A stretch of DNA of 64,000 bases from Rhynchobatus australiae. Lineage: Eukaryota. Shown one piece after another: positions 49,951 to 63,330 of the stretch (positions within the stretch are counted from its first letter, which is position 1; each line of letters begins with the position of its first letter). Made by a program: the position numbers and the translations under genes. The stretch spans positions 83,211,838-83,275,837 of the forward strand of contig JAUZTB010000127.1 of NCBI GenBank assembly GCA_034780895.1, in the 5' to 3' direction. The notes under the pieces were generated by a model. That model saw only the letters and a list, made by a program, of their open reading frames with translations, was not told the origin of the DNA and ran no database searches.

Positions 49951-50880
49951 TCTTAAATATTTTAAAATGGGTTAGAATTAATAATTTGTCTGAATATCCA
50001 AATTTTGGTCTACATTTTATATTTGCTTATTCATTGTGATTTCAGTGATGTTATATATGTGGTCATGAGGGGTATTAAAAGACGTTTGGGCCCAATCCAA
50101 AGGGAAAAATCGGCTGAGTGTATTTGAAGAATGTACATAGTTGGTAGTCGATCCTAATGACATCTCAAGTTCATCTCTTGTAACTGGGCATTCCAAGTCA
50201 TCTCACTGAATAATCTTGTTTTCTCAACACATTACCAGATTGTGTTGTAAAGTTAATAAAGAAAACATTGTTTATTACTGGCAAATAAATAATTAAAAAA
50301 TTTTAAATCCATAAATGGGGATGGTGAAGGAGGTCTCTGAAGGGATAGTTTTATCTTTTTATAAGGGACCACTGAAACACCTATCCTTTCATCTAACTTG
50401 AATTAAGTATCTTTGCACAGAAGTGGTGTGGAAAGTAAGGTGAATTGATGACAAATGCTGGAAGGTTTGAATTCACTCAAAGGTTTGTGCAGTATTTTTT
50501 TGCTCCTTTTCTCTGCATATTTAGTACACGCATAAGCATTTTACAATTGTAAGAACCACCAATTTTGCAGCTAATTGTATTTGTAGACACCAGGTTAGTA
50601 GTCACCTGCTGTAAATCTCTTGAAAGCTCCATGCATTAGTTGTAGGGTTCAGGTCCAAGCATGTTGTCTGCTTCATTTACGTTGCTGTATATCAGATACT
50701 GCAGTGGAATTCCTGCTGATCTCTACAGGCCCAAATGAATTCTTGATGCAATTGTCATTTCTGGTTCTACCTGGCGAACTCTAAGAGTTCAAGATTGTTT
50801 GAAAACTTTATGGAAGAATGAAATGGTTCATTTTCCTTGCCCACAGAACTGGAATTTGCAGGTGTTGATATTCACTCCTA

Positions 50881-52250
50881 ATTGGTTTATTATTATCACA
50901 TATACTGAGATGAGGTGAAAAGTTTTTGTTTACATGACATCCGGACAGATCATTCTGTACATGTGTACATCATGGTAGTATGAAAGGAAAACAATAACAA
51001 TGCAATATATAGAGTTACAGGTAGTGCAGTGCAAGTAGACAAAAGGTGCAAAGGCCATGACTAGGTAGACGGAGAGATCAAGAGTTCACTTTTATTGTAT
51101 AGGAGGTCTGTTCAGACTCTTAAAACAGCAGGATAGAAGCTGTCCCTGAGCCTGATGGTATGTTCTCAAGCTTTTGTATCTTCTGCCTAAATGAAAGGAG
51201 GAGAAGAGGATGACCAGGGTGGGAGGGGTCCTTGATTATTTTGGCTGCTTTCCCAAGGCAACGGGAAGTGTAGACAGTTGATGGAGGGGGAGGCTAATTT
51301 CTGTGATGGACTGGGCTATGTTCACAACTCTCCAATTTCTTGCAGTCTTGGACAGAGCAGTTGCCATCCCTAGCTGTGATATGAGGATAGGATGCTTTCT
51401 GTGGTGCATCTGTTCTTTAAAAAATAACTCAAAGTAATTGAGGGTCAACAGGGACATGCCAAATTTCCTTGGCCTTCTGAAGAAGTTGAGGTGCTGGTGT
51501 GCTTTCATGGCCATAGGATCTCTGGGATTGGACCAGGACATATTAATGATTTTCACATCTAGAAACTTGAAGTTCTCAACCATCTTCACCTTGCCACTGA
51601 TGATGCACATCGGGGAGGGGGGTTGTGCTCTGCACCATTTCCTGAAGTCAATGATCAGCTTTTTTTTGTTTCTCTGACATAGAGAGATTATCTTGACACC
51701 ATGCTGCTAGATTCTGTCCTTTCTATAATCTGCCTCATCGATGTTTGAGATCCAGTCTACTACGGTGGCGTCATTTGCAAACTGGTGAATGGATTTAAAA
51801 CCGAATCTGGCCACGCAGTCATGAGTCTATAGGGAGTAAAGTAGGGGACTGAGGGCACAGCTTTATGGGCTACTGGTGTTGAAGATCAGAATCAGGTTTA
51901 TTATTACTGACATGTTGTGAAATTTGTTTTGCAGTGCAGTACAAGACATAGACATAAAAATTACTATAAGTTACAAAAATAAATAGTGCAAAGGAGGAAT
52001 AACAAGGTAGTGTTTATAGAATTCTGATGACAGAGGGGAAGAAACTGTGTTCCTGAATCATTGAGTGTGGGTCTTCAGGCTCCTGGACCTCCCTGATGGT
52101 AGTAACATGAGGGCATGTTCAGGCAGCGAAGATAATCGTGACGGAGGTATTGCTGCCTGTCCTTGCTGATTACAGTCTGCTGGTCAGGAAGTCAAGGATC
52201 TAGTTGCAGAGTCCTAGGTCTGGGAGTTTGGAGATGAGCTAATTCTTGTA
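50881..52250 (-). mobile_element. Rex1/Babar-type LINE, with a second Rex 3' end nested at 51887-52127
   Basis: Minus ORF 51236-51610 reads VENFKFLDVKI...KAHQHLNFFRRPRKFGMS. The nested piece has an (attctg)-type tail and is flanked by gaagat at 51881-51886 and 52128-52133. Confidence 0.85.
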
Positions 52251-53984
52251 TTGGGGGGGTGGTGGGGNNNNNNNNNNNNNNNNNNNNNNNNNNNNNNNNN
52301 NNNNNNNNNNNNNNNNNNNNNNNNNNNNNNNNNNNNNNNNNNNNNNNNNNNNNNNNNNNNNNNNNNNNNNNNNNNNNNNNNNNNNNNNNNNNNNNNNNNN
52401 NNNNNNNNNNNNNNNNNNNNNNNNNNNNNNNNNNNNNNNNNNNNNNNNNNNNNNNNNNNNNNNNNNNNNNNNNNNNNNNNNNNNNNNNNNNNNNNNNNNN
52501 NNNNNNNNNNNNNNNNNNNNNNNNNNNNNNNNNNNNNNNNNNNNNNNNNNNNNNNNNNNNNNNNNNNNNNNNNNNNNNNNNNNNNNNNNNNNNNNNNNNN
52601 NNNNNNNNNNNNNNNNNNNNNNNNNNNNNNNNNNNNNNNNNNNNNNNNNNNNNNNNNNNNNNNNNNNNNNNNNNNNNNNNNNNNNNNNNNNNNNNNNNNN
52701 NNNNNNNNNNNNNNNNNNNNNNNNNNNNNNNNNNNNNNNNNNNNNNNNNNNNNNNNNNNNNNNNNNNNNNNNNNNNNNNNNNNNNNNNNNNNNNNNNNNN
52801 NNNNNNNNNNNNNNNNNNNNNNNNNNNNNNNNNNNNNNNNNNNNNNNNNNNNNNNNNNNNNNNNNNNNNNNNNNNNNNNNNNNNNNNNNNNNNNNNNNNN
52901 NNNNNNNNNNNNNNNNNNNNNNNNNNNNNNNNNNNNNNNNNNNNNNNNNNNNNNNNNNNNNNNNNNNNNNNNNNNNNNNNNNNNNNNNNNNNNNNNNNNN
53001 NNNNNNNNNNNNNNNNNNNNNNNNNNNNNNNNNNNNNNNNNNNNNNNNNNNNNNNNNNNNNNNNNNNNNNNNNNNGTGTCTTTTTTGTCCTAGTAGTTTA
53101 AGGTCCCACCTTAAGTTTTGGTTTGAGCCCAGAAAATGTACAGCAATTTTATTTTTCATTGTGTTGACCTTTCATGGTACAATAATTTCATCCCATTGAA
53201 ACACTTGGTATAGCAATTTCTTTTCACCATTGTTAACTTGAGATCCTCATCTTTGCCTTTTAATCTATGGATTTGGCTCTTCTAATTTTATTTTGTCCGA
53301 CCAGTTTTGCATCCAATGTTGCCATAAACTGATCCAAAACTCTGCTTTACCTTATCCTGCATCAGGCACTGCTCATGTGATTCCCTGCCCTTGATTAAGT
53401 TATGGCCTTGCTCTCCCTATTTGCCACTGTCCCAGCATTAAAACTACTCCTCCAACCTAAACTTCCCACTCCAAGACTTTGGCCTTTTGCATTTTTCCTA
53501 TTCCGTTCTCCCAACCACCGCTGGCTTCATGTTCAGCTGCTGGGGTGGATGCTCCAGCAACTAATTAATTGCTTTTGAAATGTGGCCACTGTTATACAAA
53601 CAAATCCAGCTGCCACAGTCATTGAAATAAGATGACTGAGTTTTGCTGTTGAGGGGAGAATGTTCCCAGAATGCCAAGAAAATTCCTCCTTGCCTGTTGA
53701 ATGGGAAGGGCAGATAATTGCTTTGGAAATGTTTCTTTCCCCACCCACCTCCCTTCCCACCAAGGTTCTTCTGCAGGCCATATAAAGTGAAAGTTGGACT
53801 TGGTCTTCTGACCATTCATGCAGCTTTCAATTCTGGACCTGTAATGAACTGTCACTTCACTAATGAAGATTCATGACCAGAGAATCCCTCAAGAATTTTA
53901 TTTTTAAATAACTATTTCCAATTCCTTCATTGCCATAGAATCGATGCATAAAGTAAATGTGGCTGATTCACCCAGTAATGAATG

Positions 53985-54400
53985 TACATTTTTGGAATCT
54001 CTGCACTGCTGCTGGCAAAGCCAGCATTCATTGTCAATTCCTACTTGCCCTTGAAGGTGGCACTGAGCTGCCTTCTGGAACCGTTACAGTCCCTGTGGTG
54101 AATATATTCCTGCAGTGTTGTTGGGCAGGAGTTTCTAGGATTTAGGACTGGTGAAATATTTCCAAGTGTGCAACTTCAAGGGGGCCCTGTGGGTGGTGTC
54201 CCTATGCATTCACTGCCCTAGTCATCCTTGGTGGTAGAGATGTTGGGTTTGGGAGGTGGTGCCTGGCTGAGTAATTGCAGTGAATTTTGTAGATGGTACA
54301 CAGTGCACTGATGGTGGGAATGAGTGTTTAGGATGAAATGAGGTACCAGTCAAGCAGGTGCTCTGTCCTGGATGGTGTCGAGCTTCTTGAGAATTATTGG
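53985..54400 (-). mobile_element. CR1-group LINE 3' fragment (distinct family)
   Basis: gctggcaaagccagcattcattgtcaattcctacttgcccttgaaggtgg...gtcctggatggtgtcgagcttcttgag (reverse reads L.KLDTIQD.A); related pieces at about 19850-19920, 56490-56690 and 59930-60080. Confidence 0.65.
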
Positions 54401-56027
54401 TTGGCCTTGTAAGTCTCATGGTTTCCTTCCACATTCCTTTGCCTCCCTTTTTAAGATTTCCTCAAATTACACCATTTTTTAATTGCCTGCACGTTACACA
54501 GGAGCTTTAAACATAATATGTTGATATTGACAGCAGCCACCATCCCATATTCTACTCCTTCACTCCAAATAAATTCCTGTTGTTAATCCCCAGCTTTGTT
54601 TTTGCTAAATCTAACCTCTGACGTGTCATTTTTAAGGTTTAGTCTGCAATTAGTATTGCAATCCTGTCTAGTGTGTGCGTTCAAGTTCAGCTGTCGGTGA
54701 AGTCCAAAATTTCTCCCTCTCTTCCTCTGATCTACTGGCAGTTAACCTGCAGGGCTTCAGTTATCNNNNNNNNNNNNNNNNNNNNNNNNNNNNNNNNNNN
54801 NNNNNNNNNNNNNNNNNNNNNNNNNNNNNNNNNNNNNNNNNNNNNNNNNNNNNNNNNNNNNNNNNTTATCACCACCTGACTGTGAACTGTGACTGAGCAC
54901 AGCTGATAAACTAACTGGAACTTTGTGGTTTTGTTGCTTATTCCTCTTGCTCTGCTTTTACTTGCTGATTTGTCAAGCTTCAGCCCACCTAGTTACTGCT
55001 GCACAAGATGTTGAGTGTTAAATTCCGAAGGCTCTGTGTTACTCTTGACTGTTTTTACACCATTCATTGGAAAGCCTTGTGTGGCACTTTTTTGCTCCTG
55101 CAAACATCCTGCTTTTAAGTTTTCTTCTGCACTGGCCTGCTCACCTTGGTGCTGTTCAGGGGCTTCATTGCTTACAGTCTTGTCTCCATCTTGGATCCAT
55201 GAAGCTTGAGCTCCCTTAGAAGTGCTATTTCATTACACTGGACAAAAAACCAACATATCAAGTCTTGAATCAAATTAATGTTGTTTACCATGAGCAAAAC
55301 ACTTCAAAGTAATTGTGGAGATGTGTATCAGCATATTTGTTTCCACTGTGCTTAATAATGTTAGGATGGTCTCTTGTGATCCATTGCTATTGCCAATTTG
55401 CTTGCTTCCTTGAGTCTGTATGGTTGTTCCTCTGCAAGCTGCTCTTTCTGTTTGAAATAACTTTCTAGTTCCTTCATTTGCTGCAGAATCAATCCCTGAA
55501 GTAAATGTGGCTGGTTCACCAAATATTCACCTTCAGGATCTCTGCACAGCGAGCATTCATTTTTTCATTCCTTTCTGCTTTCTTGCATCTTTCCCCCTCC
55601 ACCTGTGACTACCTGAGTAAAATATGGGGGCCAGTCTTAAGGGAGGGATTTTGGCAACAGGGTCATGCTGGTGGATTAACATCCCACTGCTGTGAGTGTC
55701 GGTTATAAATATTTCATCCACTCAACCATCTCATTGACAACTTGCTCCTCCCACTTTACTTAGATGTTCTTTATTGCATCTCAACCCTTCACCTGACTTG
55801 TTCCAGCGTGCTTGGCCTGGAGTGAAGTTTGCAGTTAAAGGCTTGACAGTGCCACTTCCAGCCAATACAAAGAAGGACCCTGCTCTCTCACAGCAGGCTA
55901 TTCCAGCTGCCTGTTCAGAACGAAGGCTAAAGTAGGAACTGAGGGGGTGGGTTCTGGTGTGTTTTAACTGCTTTTCTGCTGGGTGTTATTCCTGCTTTTG
56001 GCTGTGTGCTGTAAAACTTGTGATATT

Positions 56028-56190
56028 TGCAAGTTTAATGGTTAAAAGGCATTTGGACAGGTACTTGGGTAGGGGGATATTGGCATACTGTGGGGGAAAA
56101 TGGAGAAAAGCATACACGAGCATTAGGGTAGGCATGGATAAGATAGGCCAAAAGGGTTCATATCTGTGCTGTAGTTTCTTTTGATTCACT
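56028..56190 (+). mobile_element. CR1 3' end fragment
   Basis: KRHLDRYL coding followed by ataggccaaaagggttcatatctgtgctgtagtttct. Confidence 0.7.
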
Positions 56191-57034
56191 TGTTACAAGG
56201 AAGGAGAGTCTGACCACTTTTCACAAGCTTAACAGGACCCCACTACATGTTGGGTTTGGGTTGTATTGGGCCTCGCTCAGCACATTATCCAGGTCCAGAT
56301 GATTTGGTTAGTATTATCACGTCCCCTCTGTACTTAATCAGCATCGATGGATGAGCAATATGGTTCTTCCAGTTTTTTTTCCCCCTGCAGACCTCTTGGG
56401 AGTGGGAGGATGAAGAGGAGTTCAGAAGTATTCAGGCTCAGGTGGAGCTTGGATTGTCCACAATAGTCTAGTTTTAATTTTATACCCAAGTAGAGCTTGG
56501 CTGAGTATTGCCATTCCTTCATCACTACAGGGCCTCAAAACTGGAACTCCGTCTCTGACACCACTGTAGCTGTACTATCACCATATGAGCTAAAAACACT
56601 CAAGGAGGTAGTTCACATTCACCTCCTCAAGGGAACTGAGTTGTGCCATAGACCTGGCCTTCGCTGTGACCACGCATTCTGTGTATGAGTTGCTTAAAAA
56701 GTGTGACGCTAGAGTATCAGCCTAGAATATGTGCACATTCCCCGGAGTCTTGATTTCAGAAGCTCTTGACTGAGGCATGTTACCTACAGCCAAGGCTGAT
56801 GTGGTAAAAGACAGTTCTTTGCCAGCTTATCGTCATGTAGAATGTTTTCTTTATGCAACGTAAAACTTGTCTGCTTGTAATCCATGTGACTTAATTGGTT
56901 TGTTGCCATTCATTGGGTCTGCCTTAATGTTGATTTCAAATTTCCCTTTTTCTTTAACAACTTCTCTTGTGACAAAATGTCCCAGTTAGATTTCTGAATC
57001 ACTTCCTGCTGAAGTGTTCTCCCCTTTCACCTAG

Positions 57035-57195
57035 TGCTGAGGATAGTGAGCTAGTTCTGAGGGTGTAGCAAGCATGCTGCTTATAAAAAGATCAGCTCTG
57101 TCTCCACATGCTGCATTCCAGACCCTTGCAGCTGGCTGAAAACATTGGCTGGAAATCTGAGGAGTTGCTCAGTGTATGATACATCTATCCTGCTG
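57035..57195 (+). other. Candidate non-coding (UTR) exon of the plus-strand gene
   Basis: Acceptor ttctcccctttcacctag| and donor CTG|GTAAGG; stops in all three frames near its 5' end. Confidence 0.25.
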
Positions 57196-57984
57196 GTAAG
57201 GGTAATGGTTTAATTTTTGATTTATTTTTCTTAAGGAAGTATTTACTCTAATATTTTAGTTGTGAATTACTCCAGGACAAAATCGAATGCCGTTGAATAA
57301 ACTTGAGCTACTTTTCTCCCTTTTGAAAAGAAGTGATTTCATTTTTTGGCCAAAGTAGAGCAGTTGAACTTTAAGCTAGATTTATGATCCACTTCTATAT
57401 CTTAAGTTTACATAACCTGGATTTTAGAACCAGTGTTTCCAGGTAAATGGAAATCAAAAAAAAACAATAGATCTTGATCTAAAATGCTTTTAGCATTTTA
57501 TTTCAGTTCAGCAGGTCAGGCAGTGTCTATGGAAAGAAACAGTTAATGTTTTGGGTGGAAGATGTTTAACCAGAGGGTAGGTAAATGTGTTAATTGGCAA
57601 TCACTACCAATCTTAAGAATATCATAGTCCGTGATCTTTCAGCTTTCTTCCTTTTATTGTCTGTGTGGATTCTGTTGGTCATAAGCTCTTCAAAATGTGT
57701 TCCTTTAATCATATTCAGCTGTGGTGAAATATGAAAAATTCCATAGGGGAGATGGCAAGAGTTGAGTTGGTCATAGAAGATTGGATGTTGGCAGCTTGTT
57801 TCCTGGCTTGGTCTCTATGCTGTGTGTCTGACAAACATAGCATCTTCCAACAGAGTTCAGGATACATTGGTCAAGGAAGGCACTGACTGTAAATTCTTAC
57901 AAAACTTCAGAAATAGTGTGGAAATTGTCCCATATGCTCATCTTCCAGTTTGTCAATGACACAAAAGGGCAGTTTTGTAAGATG

Positions 57985-58490
57985 TGTGGATGGTAGCATT
58001 AAGTTGCACATTACTGTTAATTGAGAGAGTAAGCAGAATGTCAAATGGATTTCAGCATAAGCAAACACACTGACCCACTTTAAACCTAAAAAGGACAGAA
58101 CGGTATGTGCTTAAAAGTTTACATGAGGTCCAAACAGATTTGATCTTTGTATATCATAAAAATGTTGTCCTTCATACTTGGGACTGCAGTGCAAGAGGAT
58201 AAAGCTGCAGCCCAGCTTCCAAAGAGACCTGGTTAGTGCACCTGAAATGCCATTAGTAGTTCTGGGCACTGTTGTCCTGGGAGGAAGAGNNNCTGTAAAT
58301 TTATCAGTGATATCTAGACGGCCAGTGTTAAATTACATGGAGTGATTAAACATATCCATGGAATTTAGATGGTAGTGGTGTGAGTAAGGCAGTTTTTAAG
58401 ATGTTAAGGGGAGCTGATAGGGCAGAGAAGAAATATCTTTGCTAATTAGAGAGTCTGAGACATTATCCAAAAGTTAGAACCAGGTCTTGT
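57985..58490 (+). mobile_element. Very old CR1 fragment
   Basis: agcagaatgtcaaatggatttcagc (W..WQM.F-like) and tttttaagatgttaaggggagctgatagggcag (FK..G.DR-like) remnants. Confidence 0.45.
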
Positions 58491-58569
58491 GAATAAACTA
58501 TCCTGAGTATATTCCAACCCCTGAGAATAAAGGCCAGCATTCCTTTGTAAAATGTAACCATTTACTGGA

Positions 58570-58815
58570 TCTAAATGTCTCTGCCTGAACTGAGTGGCTT
58601 CTTAGACCCACTCAGAAGGTGCATTTGGAGTTGTATACAATTCATTCTGGTAACAGCAGCAGATTTGCCTGCCTGAAGGACTTTAATGAACCAGATGGGT
58701 TTTCACTGATAGCCCATGTTTAATTACTTGAATTTAAACTCCCTGTTTGCAATGATGGCAATTGTCTCCAGACTCTGTAAGCTTCTGGATACTAGTCCTG
58801 TAACTTAACCACACT
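58570..58815 (-). mobile_element. Chondrichthyan tRNA-SINE
   Basis: gcagatttgcctgcctgaaggactttaatgaaccagatgggtttt...ctggatactagtcctgtaacttaaccac (reverse of the tRNA-like head). Confidence 0.6.
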
Positions 58816-60524
58816 TAGTGGAGAAATCCAAGAGATTGGGAGACCTCTTTGTAGCTATCCACTCATTCAGTGAATCATGTGGACAGGTGATCCTGCACAA
58901 ACTCCTGGGAGTTTGGCCTGCTACCTTTTTGTTTACATGTGTCAGTCTGCAATCTCCTGCTCCCATTCACCCAATGTTCACTCCTGTGCTATGTACAGTT
59001 ACTGCAAGCTGACTCCCTTGACCTCATCACTTATTTCCTTGTGCAGCAATCCAAATTGCAAGGACAAACATGTCATGGTTAATGTTTATCTGATTGGCCT
59101 GAATCTTCCTGACAATCAAAACTATTTCTGCTGATGCAATGGGATTGAATTGTTGTCTTGTTTAAAGTGAGGCATTAATATTGTTTGAGGAGGGATAGTA
59201 TGTAATTAATTCCTTATGTAGTTCTAATTTCCTAAACTGCCCAGACTAGATTCTTATGTCATTTGTCTTTGTTGCTTGAAACTAAAGACTGGATCCTGCC
59301 CCAGAGTAACCAAAGCCATCACAAAGTTCAGAAGAACATATGTTTGATGGATTGAAACTTGGATATTTGTCAGCCAGTGGAGCTTGAATTTTCTTTGAAT
59401 AAATTGTGGGAATTTGAGAGTATCACAAATGGAGGGAAATACTTGGAAAAGTATTCTGATCTTTTGGCAAAAGCTAAGTGGATGATGGGAATTTTAGCTG
59501 AGAGATGTTAGTATGTGATTTGCTGCATGCAATCTGACTGGAGGGAGAATAGTGCATGCAGAAGGTTGCATGCTTGTGCTCAATATGCAGGGCTAGGCAA
59601 TGAGTCTGTAGTTCTGAGAAATATTTTGTCTTTCAAACTTCATAAAAATTTGAGAATTTATTGTCCCTTCCATAAGTGGGCACCTGCTTGGCCCGTGCAG
59701 GCAGGTGATATTCCGTCCACACGAGACTGGGAAATGATGCCTTCAACACGGGAGTTCAGCCACCTTAATGTTTCCCAGCATTGACATTGTTGAGACCTCC
59801 AACATCAGCATCCTGGGTTAGGTTGTGGGGGGCAGGGAGCATGGTGAAGAGCAGACAGCAGCTGTGAGTCAAGTAGTGGGTTGTTCATCAATGAACAAAA
59901 CCATTTGGAGCAGCCACATATCAGTCACTTAAACAGGCCAGATTCTGGGTATTCTTTATCAAAAGTGACTCATCGACTGCCTTCCCAAAACATTTGCACT
60001 ATCTGCAAGGCATGAGTCAGGAGTGCAGTGGAACAATTGCCATGTGCTTACATGAGTGCAGCTTGAGCAACTAGCAAGCTGCAATTTTAAAATGTGTGTA
60101 TGCCGCAAGGCTTGATGGTATTGTGAATGCCAAAGAGCATAATGAAGGTAGCACAGTGGTGAAGCACTGTCGGATTATCTTTCTCACATAGGCTGCAGTA
60201 TCTCAAGGCTTCAGCACCTGCTCAACAACGCAAGAAGGGATTCTGATTTCTTCCTTCATGCACTGGCAGATGAAGCGCTCATTTTTGTGTTTGCTTTTTG
60301 AGTTTTGTTGATATCAGTGATGTGGATTTAGAAACTCGTTGTATGTTTGATGAAGGTAGGAGGAAGCAGCCATGAAAGAACAGAATGAGATCAACAGAAT
60401 GAGTGAGTCAAACAAGAAGGAAAATGGACGATGTGCAGGCATGAAGAATAAAGTTGAAGTTGAGTAACTGGGGAATCTTGGATTTGATATTCAGTAATTA
60501 AGATAGGAATAAAGCATTGATTCC

Positions 60525-60650
60525 AAAGCAAAATACTGCAGATGCTGGATATCTGAAATAATAAGTACTGGAAATGCTCAGCAAGGTCAGGCAACAACTG
60601 TGGAGATGGAAACAATTGGCCGCTAAGGTCAATGGCCTTTTATTAGAAGT
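60525..60650 (-). mobile_element. Penelope pLTR remnant
   Basis: aaagcaaaatactgcagatgctggatatctgaaata...ctggaaatgctcagcaaggtcaggcaac; similar remnants at about 32150, 36005, 40525, 46795 and 57505. Confidence 0.7.
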
Positions 60651-61164
60651 GACTCGTAATATAGTCTGTATGTTTTCTCATCATATTCATGTACCTGCTA
60701 ATGGGACATTGTGAATGCCTGTTGTGTAAATTGGTAGCTTGAGCATCAGGTGAATGAGGGTACGGCTCCAGCCAGTTTTATTGAGGCAAGTGAAGTCCTT
60801 TTTCAATTCTAAATGGAAATTGGATTTACTGTTTTTTTCCAAAAATAGTGCTACTTTTGAGAAAACCACCAAATGTGATCCTATCCACTTAACTGGAAGT
60901 AAGTGGGAGGACTGCATATTATTTGAGAGCTTCCCCTCTCTCCAGTATTCATAGAGTTCTGTGCAACCTTATTGGGAGTAACTTCCATGATGAATTGATT
61001 TTAAATTTTTTCTCTATTTATGTTGTCACTAACCTATGTCTTTTTATATCCATAAATAAATCCTAATAGTTTAATTTGGAAGCGGTGGTGGAACTTGCCA
61101 TCTTTCAGATATGAACAGGCAAATGTGTCATGCATCTTATGTGATCTTTGATTAAATGGCAACC

Positions 61165-62093
61165 AGAATCAGATTTATTATCACTGATAACTGACATGAA
61201 ATTTGAGGCAGCAGTACAGTGCAAGATAATTACCAAAAATTATAAAAAGTAGTCCCAAAAAAAGGAATAACAAAGTAGTGTTCATGGACTTCATAATTCT
61301 GATGGTGGAGGGGAAGATGCTATTTGAATCATTGAGTGTGGATCTTCAGGCTCCTGTACTACTTCCCCAATGGTAGTAATGAGAAGGCATGTACTGGATG
61401 GTGAGGGTCTTTACTGACAGATGCTGCTGCCTTGGGGCACCGCCTCTTGATGTCCTTGATGGTGGGGAGGGTTGTGCCCATGATGGAGCTGGCTGAGTCT
61501 ACAACCCTCTGCAGCCTCNNNNNNNNNNNNNNNNNNNNNNNNNNNNNNNNNNTACTAGGTGGTGATACACCAGTCAGAATGCTCTCCACTGTACATCTAT
61601 AGAAATTAACAAGAGTCTTTGGTATACCAAATCTCCTCAAACTCCTGACAAAGTAGAGCTGCTGGTGTGCTGCCTTTGTGATTCAAGTAATGTGTTAGGC
61701 CCAGGATAGGTTCTCCCAAGATTTTGACATTCAGGAACTTGGAAGCTGCGCACCCTTTCCACCATTGGTGCCTCCTGAGGACTGGTGTGTGTTCTCCCAA
61801 TTTCCCCTTCCTGAAGTCCACAATCATTTCCTTGGTCTTGCTGACATTCAGTGCGAAGTTGTTGCGACACCACTCAACCATCTGATCTATCTCACTCCTG
61901 TATGCCACCTCACTGCCATCTGAGATTCTACCCACAATGGTGGTGTCATTGACAAATTTATAGATGGCATTTGAGCTGTGCTTAGCCATATTCATGAGAG
62001 TAATGAGCTAAGCACACATCCTTGGGGTGCACCCGTGTTGGTCAGCAAGGAGGAGATGTTATTGCTGATCCACACTGACTGTGGTCTCCTGAC
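61165..62093 (-). mobile_element. Rex1/Babar-type LINE, (attctg)-tailed subfamily
   Basis: Minus ORFs 61606-61995 (NAIYKFVNDTTIVGRISDGSEVAYRSEI...KTKEMIVDFRK) and 61359-61640 (LVNFYRCTVESILTG); 3' UTR shared with 9141-9614. Confidence 0.9.
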
Positions 62094-63004
62094 TGTTGGG
62101 CCTGTAGTATGCTAGCCTCCTGATGTACAGATGAGCACAGATTTTGGTTTTCAGAAGACCCTGCCTGCTATGGCAACTATATTTTGATGTAAACATGTTG
62201 ATTTAATTTTTATACCAGCACCACAAAAGGGAGGAGTTTGTAGTGGGGGCAGAAATGGGATGAAAGATTGTGATGCAGATCTGATGCTCAGTGGCATGCT
62301 CCTTAACCCAATGCTGTGGTTCTACTTCAGCACAATTGGCTCGACTCCTGTAATCTTCTGCAATCCTGTAAACCTCTGCAATGAATAAAGTTGAAGTATT
62401 GGGCTGAGAAGGAGCCCCTGAAGTGCAGCTTTCTTGTTTCAACCCATTAATAACATCATTCCATTCATGCCAGCAATAATTGTCCTGCCATGTGCTAGAA
62501 ATGTTAAGCAGTTCCCTCTCCAGTTGCAGAGACCATAATGAAGTTGTGTTCTTTGTTTCCTGCACATCTGCTTTTCTAACTCTGCTGTCTAATGCTTCAA
62601 GCTAGCACAAACTACTTAAGCACGAGAGCATGTAGTTCCTATTTTATTAATTCAGCTACCTTGGCTGTTTCTCATCTTCCCCACCCATTGGCATTCATTT
62701 CATCTGAACCCATTTCCAAAGAGGTTCTGAAGTATTTGAATTTGTACTGCATTAATAAGCTGTTCTAGAATGCAAACATAAACTTTGCAAAAGCAGGAAG
62801 TTAGCTGTTGATATAGATAAACAAATCCACTTGTGTTCAAAAGTGCCTCCTTGGCCCCAGTCAAAATATAAGTGCTTTTTTTTTTGTTGAAGTTGAGATG
62901 ACAGTGGTCGCGACATGTGAGAGAATCGCGTAAGCTTACTGAACCAGGATGACCATTTGGACCATATGCTGGGCAGAAAGTGTTTGGACTGTTGTCATAT
63001 CCTA

Positions 63005-63330
63005 ACTCTCAGCCCATGGTCTTGCAGGTCATTTGCTCTGCAAGTTCTCATCCAGGTACTTAAGTAATGTTGAGGGGGTCTTCCTTATCTCTACAAACCT
63101 CCTCCTTCCCCTCTTTTCNNNNNNNNNNNNNNNNNNNNNNNNNNNNNNNNNNNNNNNNNNNNNNNNNNNNNNNNNNNNNNNNNNNNNNNNNNNNNNNNNN
63201 NNNNNNNNNNNNNNNNNNGGGTAATGGACTGGTGTTTTAGAATGAGATGTGGAAAATTTTCTTTGGGCAGCAATTCCCAGACCCTCACCATACTTTGAAT
63301 ATGTTTTTACTCTTTCTCTGGCAAATCCTT
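63005..63330 (-). mobile_element. Old CR1 3' fragment, spans N gap
   Basis: catggtcttgcaggtcatttgctctgcaagttctcatccaggtacttaag resembles the reversed CR1 3' ends at 7990 and 42630; minus KYLDENL is similar to 'LD.YL'. Confidence 0.45.
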
